Shown here: piece by piece, positions 38,944 to 43,531 of the stretch
How positions within the stretch are numbered: the stretch's first letter is position 1
How the letters are laid out: each line of letters opens with the position of its first letter
IMG/VR virus record: IMGVR_UViG_3300045988_130695
Coordinates: 1-43,531 of that record
Source of the DNA: a virus
DNA length: 43,531 nucleotides
Strand: one strand, 5' to 3'
Notes under the pieces: model-generated
Seen by the model: the letters and a program-made list of their open reading frames with translations, nothing else
Database searches by the model: none
Told to the model about the DNA's origin: nothing
Program-made: the position numbers and the translations under genes

Positions 38944-39487
38944 CTTTAACGCCCCACTCCCTGATCAGGTCATCTAATTCTTCCTGCGGCCTAGTCTCTA
39001 CACCATTCTCTTTTGCCATAGATACTAAACAATCTATAAATCGGCTCATCTCTTTCGTGTCATAAGCGCTGCTGCCATAATATACTCTTACATTGCTATA
39101 GCCTTTAATGTTATGACACTCTCCAACCAATTCAGCTATCCAGCCGACACCATTACTTTGCCAAATTTCAATAGTTCTGTTTACAGCGTCAGTTGGCACT
39201 GGCCATATTCTGCCGTAACCACATTCCCTGATCGCCTTCCTGTAAACATCTTCCTTGCTGTGAAAGCTCTCTTCTGACAGCTTTTCTGCTATTTTTTGAC
39301 ACAATACCCAAGCGTATTTATTAGCGTCGTTAGAACGCCCTTTGCGCCATTGCTTGACCTCTACAACATACTGCTTTTCAGGATCGATTTTATTGATTTC
39401 TTCTTCCTCTGATAAAGGGACAGGTACTACTAAATTTATGTATCCCATCCCTTTTAATCTCTGTAACCCTTTAACCGTGAACTTCAT
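38936..39487 (-). CDS. NinB/Orf-family recombination mediator-like protein
   Basis: RSNDANKYAWVLCQKIAEKL and GSSAYDTKEMSRFIDCLVSMAKENGVET parallel lambda NinB (RSLDQNRKLWACLGDVSRQV .. STSRMRVGEFAELLELIQAFGTERGV). Confidence 0.55.
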   Translation of the reverse strand: MKFTVKGLQRLKGMGYINLVVPVPLSEEEEINKIDPEKQYVVEVKQWRKGRSNDANKYAWVLCQKIAEKLSEESFHSKEDVYRKAIRECGYGRIWPVPTDAVNRTIEIWQSNGVGWIAELVGECHNIKGYSNVRVYYGSSAYDTKEMSRFIDCLVSMAKENGVETRPQEELDDLIREWGVKDG

Positions 39488-40173
39488 TTCATCCCAGCTG
39501 CCTTAGCATTGATCATTGATCTAATAGCATCATAAGCATCAGAATATTTTTCATCTTCAAGAATTTCTTCTAAATTTTTCAGAGTTAAATATTCTACGTC
39601 ATACCATTCGTTATTTCGAGTACTTTTAACTTGACACTGAATACCATTTATAAATCTTACATAACCAGATGCACTGGTAGACGTAATTTGAATTGGGCTT
39701 TCTTCTTGACGTTTCTTTTCTTCACGTTTATCAGCTTGCCGTTTTTCATGTTTTGTTTCATAAAAACCGCGATATACAGAAGCCGCAACACCAACGTACT
39801 TCAAAGCATTTCCGAGTGCATCTGTTAAACACATCTTATAAGCTTCATCATTAGGTTCAATCCCATTCTTATTTTTCTTTACAATCATATCCCCACCATA
39901 ACCAGGGATAGGAGCACTCCAATTTTCACCGTCTTTTATGAACAAATTCACCTGCATAAAAAGCAATATTCTTCCGTCATCCTGCATACAAGTAGTACGT
40001 ATATCAACAATTTCAAATTTCCAACCAATTCCACACATCCCATATTTTTCCGTCATTGCTTCTATTTTCCATTGCGGATTAATATCACTTTTACCACGCA
40101 ATGCACCAAATTCTATTTCTTTTAAAGCATCTTTTGGCGGATTAGATACAGCTGTATATCTATCGTCCATCAT
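39484..40173 (-). CDS. Single-strand annealing protein, Rad52/Sak-like
   Basis: EFGALRGKSDINPQWKIEAMTEKYGMCGIGW and CLTDALGNALKYVGVAASVY motifs. It sits next to the NinB-like gene. Confidence 0.55.
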   Translation of the reverse strand: MMDDRYTAVSNPPKDALKEIEFGALRGKSDINPQWKIEAMTEKYGMCGIGWKFEIVDIRTTCMQDDGRILLFMQVNLFIKDGENWSAPIPGYGGDMIVKKNKNGIEPNDEAYKMCLTDALGNALKYVGVAASVYRGFYETKHEKRQADKREEKKRQEESPIQITSTSASGYVRFINGIQCQVKSTRNNEWYDVEYLTLKNLEEILEDEKYSDAYDAIRSMINAKAAGMK

Positions 40174-40412
40174 AATGCCCTCCCCGGATAGCTTAGTATC
40201 ATCTTGCTACGTAATTCAGCTGTTGTTATTCCCTGGTTAGGTTGATAATCTTCAATTTTATTTTCAATACTATTTGCACTACTTTTGATCCATTTCAGCA
40301 ATGTACTGACTTTAGCTTCATCACCATCCAGATCATCCATTTCCTTCAGATTCTCTAGAATAGCCTCTGCTTCATACCGAAGCGAATATACTAAATCATC
40401 AAATTTATCCAT
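40170..40412 (-). CDS. Hypothetical acidic early protein (80 aa)
   Basis: GGAGGA SD 8 nt before the ATG. ATGA coupling with the downstream gene. Confidence 0.55.
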   Translation of the reverse strand: MDKFDDLVYSLRYEAEAILENLKEMDDLDGDEAKVSTLLKWIKSSANSIENKIEDYQPNQGITTAELRSKMILSYPGRAL

Positions 40413-40531
40413 ACTTGCAATCCTCCAATTCTTTTGCTAAAATGAAGGTGGACGCTAAACTTCGTAAAATTTACATGTCCACCCTGAGCTATCGAAGCTG
40501 CAACTTCGGTAGCTCTTTTTCTTTTGCCTAT

Positions 40532-40627
40532 TCATCTCAACACCCCTACAGTCACTACAGCAGCCATAATAGCAATGTATGTTCCGACAAATATTGCAGT
40601 AGTTGCTACGGTAAAATCTCTAATCAT
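40532..40627 (-). CDS. 31-aa hydrophobic peptide (MIRDFTVATTAIFVGTYIAIMAAVVTVGVLR)
   Basis: Not in the track. Its start overlaps the previous stop (ATGA). Single TM. Confidence 0.3.
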   Translation of the reverse strand: MIRDFTVATTAIFVGTYIAIMAAVVTVGVLR

Positions 40628-40782
40628 AAGCCTGCCACCTGCCCCATAGCGTAACCTATGTCATATATCAGCTTAACTACTGTTGCTATAGCCAAAGCAG
40701 TTAAAGACCATACACAAGGCTGTTCCTTAATACTCTCTTTCATCACTACTGCTGTTCCTGCTACTTTGATTAATGCTTTCAT
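40624..40782 (-). CDS. 52-aa small membrane protein (MKALIKVAGTAVVMKESIKEQPCVWSLTALAIATVVKLIYDIGYAMGQVAGL)
   Basis: Not in the track. AGGAGGTTGA SD 6 nt before ATG 40782. Confidence 0.4.
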   Translation of the reverse strand: MKALIKVAGTAVVMKESIKEQPCVWSLTALAIATVVKLIYDIGYAMGQVAGL

Positions 40783-40793
40783 AATTCAACCTC

Positions 40794-41045
40794 CTATAAA
40801 GCCTTTAACGCTGCTTCAAAATCAAAATTTTTTCTTCGCTTACGACTTCGCTTTATCCCATTAGATCGATATTCCATATTCTCACGCATAACTTGTGTCA
40901 AAGCTTCGTCAACTAACGGAGGATCTAATCTATACACCTTACCAATCCGAAGGTATGGGACAATTCCTTCACGGCAATATCTTCGGATGGTAACCAACGA
41001 TAAGCCTCTGCTTTTCGCATACTCGTCACACGTCACAAGCTCCAT
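40794..41045 (-). CDS. Excisionase-family / MerR-type HTH DNA-binding protein (83 aa)
   Basis: ELVTCDEYAKSRGLSLVTIRRYCREGIVPYLRIGKVYRL is a typical HTH_17/Xis pattern. Second gene of the early leftward operon. Confidence 0.6.
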   Translation of the reverse strand: MELVTCDEYAKSRGLSLVTIRRYCREGIVPYLRIGKVYRLDPPLVDEALTQVMRENMEYRSNGIKRSRKRRKNFDFEAALKAL

Positions 41046-41083
41046 CTTCCTGATCCTCCTTTCTTTCAATTTCATCCATTCCC

Positions 41084-41106
41084 TTCTACTTTAAGTAGAA
41101 CTACTT
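41084..41106. promoter_or_regulatory. Operator-like overlapping palindromes TTCTACTT-T-AAGTAGAA-CTACTT
   Basis: Same half-site (CTACTT/AAGTAG) as the operators in the cI-cro intergenic region. Confidence 0.5.
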
Positions 41107-41107
41107 G

Positions 41108-41296
41108 TTAAAAAAAAATAGTATCATACGGAAAGCCTAAGTTTTTCGAAATAACCTTTGCTTGACCAACGGTAACATTATCTGGGTTTTGTTCAAGTTT
41201 ACGATACGTTTGAACATGGATTCCTAGAAGTTCCGCCATATAATCTTGTGTCTTTTCTCTAAGTAACCTGGCTTGTTTTAACGAAATATCTTCCAT
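41108..41296 (-). CDS. Cro-like XRE-family HTH repressor (62 aa)
   Basis: QARLLREKTQDYMAELLGIHVQTYRKLEQNP HTH. Divergent from the CI-like gene. TAGGAGG SD. Confidence 0.75.
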   Translation of the reverse strand: MEDISLKQARLLREKTQDYMAELLGIHVQTYRKLEQNPDNVTVGQAKVISKNLGFPYDTIFF

Positions 41297-41328
41297 TTTA
41301 TCGCCTCCTATGTGTTGCCTCTGATAAT

Positions 41329-41357
41329 ATTCTAATCTACTTTCAGTAGATTGTCAA
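41329..41357 (-). promoter_or_regulatory. Early lytic promoter TTGACA-17-TAGAAT, with the 19-bp palindromic operator AATCTACTTTCAGTAGATT (41334..41352) filling the spacer
   Basis: Read directly on the - strand: consensus -35, 17-nt spacer, 5/6 match at -10. Confidence 0.7.
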
Positions 41358-41388
41358 CCGCTAAAAGTAGATTTTTCCCATATCATCA

Positions 41389-41417
41389 TTGATTTTCTTC
41401 TACTTTCAGTGTATTAT
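41389..41417 (+). promoter_or_regulatory. Repressor promoter TTGATT-17-TATTAT, with operator half-palindrome TCTACTTTCAGT (41399..41410) in the spacer
   Basis: Read directly. An additional half-site AGTAGATT lies at 41366..41373. Confidence 0.6.
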
Positions 41418-41427
41418 ATAAAAAGAG

Positions 41428-41814
41428 GTGAAATCATTGGGAATAAAAGAGAACATAAAATTACTAAGAGAAAAATATAAACTATCTCAAAAAGATTTGG
41501 CCCTTATCGCGGGAGTTACGGATAAGGCTGTTTCTACATGGGAAAGTGGTGCAAAAGAACCGCGAATGGGTGCCATTCAAAAAATAGCAGATCATTTTGG
41601 ATTAAAAAAAAGTAATCTCATTGAAGATAATGGCCTTACCGAAAAACAGGGTTATTACATTGATCCTGAGGCAGCAAAGATGGCCCAAGAACTTTATGAA
41701 AATCCAGGTATGCGTATATTATTTGATGCGGCCAAAAATGTATCTCCGGAAGATTTAAAAGTAGCTGCAGAACTCATTTCAAGAATGAAAAAGAAAGAAG
41801 AATACGAAGAGTAA
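41428..41814 (+). CDS. CI-like prophage repressor, XRE-family HTH
   Basis: LSQKDLALIAGVTDKAVSTWESGAKEP HTH. The start is GTG 41428 or, fitting the GAGG SD better, TTG 41437. Confidence 0.75.
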   Translation: MKSLGIKENIKLLREKYKLSQKDLALIAGVTDKAVSTWESGAKEPRMGAIQKIADHFGLKKSNLIEDNGLTEKQGYYIDPEAAKMAQELYENPGMRILFDAAKNVSPEDLKVAAELISRMKKKEEYEE

Positions 41815-41828
41815 CAGGAGTGATAACC

Positions 41829-42041
41829 ATGATATCAAGGGTGGTTCTTGCAGACCTTCCTTGCAAAATAGGTGGATATTGCGTTACAAATGCGGATGGA
41901 GAAAAAATATGTGTCTTGAATGCACGTCTTACCTATGAAGCAAACAGAAAAACTCTTCTGCATGAGCAGGAGCATATTATAAATAATGACTTTGATAACT
42001 ATTGTTTTGTTGATGAACTTGAAGCTCAACGTCATAAATGA
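41829..42041 (+). CDS. Mini ImmA/IrrE-like metalloprotease (70 aa, HEQEH)
   Basis: ICVLNARLTYEANRKTLLHEQEHIINND matches the ImmA pattern around HExxH. It lies directly downstream of the repressor, as in ImmR-ImmA pairs. Confidence 0.55.
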   Translation: MISRVVLADLPCKIGGYCVTNADGEKICVLNARLTYEANRKTLLHEQEHIINNDFDNYCFVDELEAQRHK

Positions 42042-42077
42042 ATTTAATAAAAACTATAAGTATAGAGGCACTAAATT

Positions 42078-42296
42078 ATGGATAATAAATTTAAAATTAA
42101 CACTATTAATCTTACTAACATTTTGTTATTAATTATCATATGTATGCTTTGTTTCCAAGCGTATCAAATAAATTTAATATCACAAGAAATTGATAGCCTT
42201 TGGCTTATTCAATCTGGTATAGATGATGTATCTGACGACTTGCGCTACATTCAACGTGAGCTGTCTGATATACAGTCTTACCTTATAAGTTTGTAA
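42078..42296 (+). CDS. Small membrane protein (72 aa, N-terminal TM plus helical tail) expressed from the lysogeny operon
   Basis: TM segment ILLLIIICMLCF. Located between the ImmA-like gene and the integrase. Superinfection-exclusion candidate by position only. Confidence 0.55.
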   Translation: MDNKFKINTINLTNILLLIIICMLCFQAYQINLISQEIDSLWLIQSGIDDVSDDLRYIQRELSDIQSYLISL

Positions 42297-42335
42297 AAAC
42301 ATCCCTAAAAATATAATAAAAAAGGACGTGAAGCA

Positions 42336-43454
42336 ATGTACGGCGACGGAACAATATGGTACGACAAAGCACGAAAAAAATATTGTTACGACTATTGTGA
42401 CAACGACGGTAAACGTCACCGTAAACGCTTTGCCACCGAAAAAGAAGCCAAAGAATTTAAGAAAGAAATACGGGCAGAACGTGATAAAGGAAATCTTACA
42501 TCCTCTTCTATTACCATTGGAGAATGGGTAATAGAATTTTTAGAAACATATCAAAAACCACACCTGCGCAGCAACAGTTTTGCAAGGCAAAAACAAAGTG
42601 CTAATAAGCTTGCTCCTATTGCGCATATACCAATCGACCAACTCAGCGGCAAAGAAATACAAAAGCTGTATAATAGCTATGACGGTGTTTTAAGTACCTC
42701 TTCAATAAGTAAGATACATAAGTTACTTTTCGCCGCTTACAAGAAAGCTGTGGCTCTGAGAATGGTACAATATAATCCAATGCAAGCTGTTGAACCGGTG
42801 AAAATCAAATATAAAGAAATGTCAGTATTTTCTTTTAGTGAACTGCTTCGCATCTTCCGTGTACTACGGACCAATAAATACTATAAAAAATACTACACAT
42901 TATTTTATTTGCTCCTTGTACTTGGCTGCAGGATAGGTGAACTTCTTGCAATAAAATGGGAAGATATTGATTTTGATAAAAGAGAAATTTGTATACAACG
43001 CGCAAAAGACAGTGGTACTGGTCAAGTATTCCATGATCCTAAAACAAAAGCCGGTATACGTTATATTCCGATTGTCTATGATGCATGCATAGAAAGACTA
43101 AAAGCTATGCAGACAAGTGGTAAAATCACTTATATAAACGGCTTCGTATTTTGTACCGAAAGCGGCAAAGCCCTTAACTATGGAAATATCCGACGTGCTT
43201 GGGTAAAGATATGTGAGTTGGCCGGAGTAAATAAAAATATCCACACATTCAGGCATACATTTGCAACAGCAGCACTCACCAAAGATATACCCATCTTAGA
43301 AGTATCAAGGTGTCTTGGACACGCTGATGCAAACACAACACTTAAAATGTATGGACATGCAATGCCAGGATTTAACAGACATATAATAGACCTTTTTCAG
43401 AAGAAAAAAACAAAGAGTGCGACCAAAACTGCGACCGCAAATCAACAAAGCTAG
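42336..43454 (+). CDS. int: Tyrosine integrase
   Basis: Catalytic signature RIGELLA .. K .. HTFRHTF .. LGHAD .. KMYGH. It ends 32 nt before the attR core. Confidence 0.9.
   Translation: MYGDGTIWYDKARKKYCYDYCDNDGKRHRKRFATEKEAKEFKKEIRAERDKGNLTSSSITIGEWVIEFLETYQKPHLRSNSFARQKQSANKLAPIAHIPIDQLSGKEIQKLYNSYDGVLSTSSISKIHKLLFAAYKKAVALRMVQYNPMQAVEPVKIKYKEMSVFSFSELLRIFRVLRTNKYYKKYYTLFYLLLVLGCRIGELLAIKWEDIDFDKREICIQRAKDSGTGQVFHDPKTKAGIRYIPIVYDACIERLKAMQTSGKITYINGFVFCTESGKALNYGNIRRAWVKICELAGVNKNIHTFRHTFATAALTKDIPILEVSRCLGHADANTTLKMYGHAMPGFNRHIIDLFQKKKTKSATKTATANQQS
43416..43436 (+). repeat. 21-bp repeat AGTGCGACCAAAACTGCGACC (copy 2), inside the integrase C-terminal coding region; candidate arm-type site on the P arm
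   Basis: Exact match to 161..181, lying 50 nt upstream of the att core. Confidence 0.4.
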
Positions 43455-43486
43455 TTATACCAATGGTTTTCAAGTTTGCAATAAGC

Positions 43487-43531
43487 CCTCCGGAGCCGTG
43501 TGCGGTGGTTCGATTCCACTCGGGCGTACCA
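43487..43531 (+). repeat. attR core: duplicated 45-bp tRNA 3' end
   Basis: Identical to 1..45. It is preceded by phage (integrase-side) sequence, so this copy joins phage DNA to the host flank outside the window. Confidence 0.85.

Larger units (their letters stand above)
1..43531. mobile_element. Complete integrated temperate prophage (podovirus-type virion genes), attL to attR
   Basis: Identical 45-bp direct repeats lie at both window ends, with a tyrosine integrase abutting the right repeat. Lysogeny, replication, packaging, head, ejection-protein, fibre and lysis modules all lie in between. Confidence 0.85.

Overview
The window is one complete temperate prophage of about 43.4 kb, inserted into the 3' end of a tRNA gene. 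Identical 45-bp copies of the tRNA T-arm, acceptor strand and CCA sit at 1..45 and 43487..43531.

Layout:
- Right end, + strand (lysogeny module): XRE/CI-like repressor, a mini ImmA-like HExxH protease, a small membrane protein and a tyrosine integrase. They face a Cro-like gene across a well-defined operator/promoter switch.
- Almost everything else is transcribed leftwards (- strand).
- Early and replication genes: Xis-like HTH, Rad52-like annealing protein, NinB-like protein, DnaD-like organizer with internal iterons, a hexapeptide-repeat protein, a large multi-TRD C5 DNA methyltransferase, a DUF1064 resolvase-like protein and several small Cys-rich ORFs.
- Late genes: RinA/ArpU-like late regulator, an ORF-free structured leader, terS/terL, T7-type portal, scaffold, capsid, adaptor/nozzle, and three internal/ejection proteins (215 aa; 758 aa with a CHAP domain; 2021 aa, polyvalent-like).
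- Then an accessory island resembling phage P22 immI (RHH repressor, two Rha antirepressors, AT-rich morons), the tail fibre, a Gly-rich protein and a lysis cassette.
- Next to attL: a cargo operon of unknown function.

There is no tape measure, tail tube or sheath, so the virion is podovirus-type. Firmicute-style regulation combined with an envelope-crossing virion suggests a diderm Firmicute (Negativicutes) host; this is inference only.

Most interesting leads:
1. A 136-codon ORF with its own SD, fully embedded in the +1 frame of the methyltransferase catalytic core.
2. An opposite-strand type I toxin-antitoxin-like mini-cassette (25-aa hydrophobic peptide plus convergent promoter) inside the ejection-protein operon.
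3. A motif present three times (TCCGACA-N16-GAGTTAAAATAGTA), each copy followed by a leader and an intrinsic terminator ahead of late genes. One leader is about 430 nt, GC-enriched and helix-rich.
4. The immI-like island with its very AT-rich divergent moron pair.
5. A dual-frame membrane-protein locus and a 26-aa lipobox peptide downstream of the endolysin.

All functional calls rest on motifs read by eye and on synteny. No database search was run.
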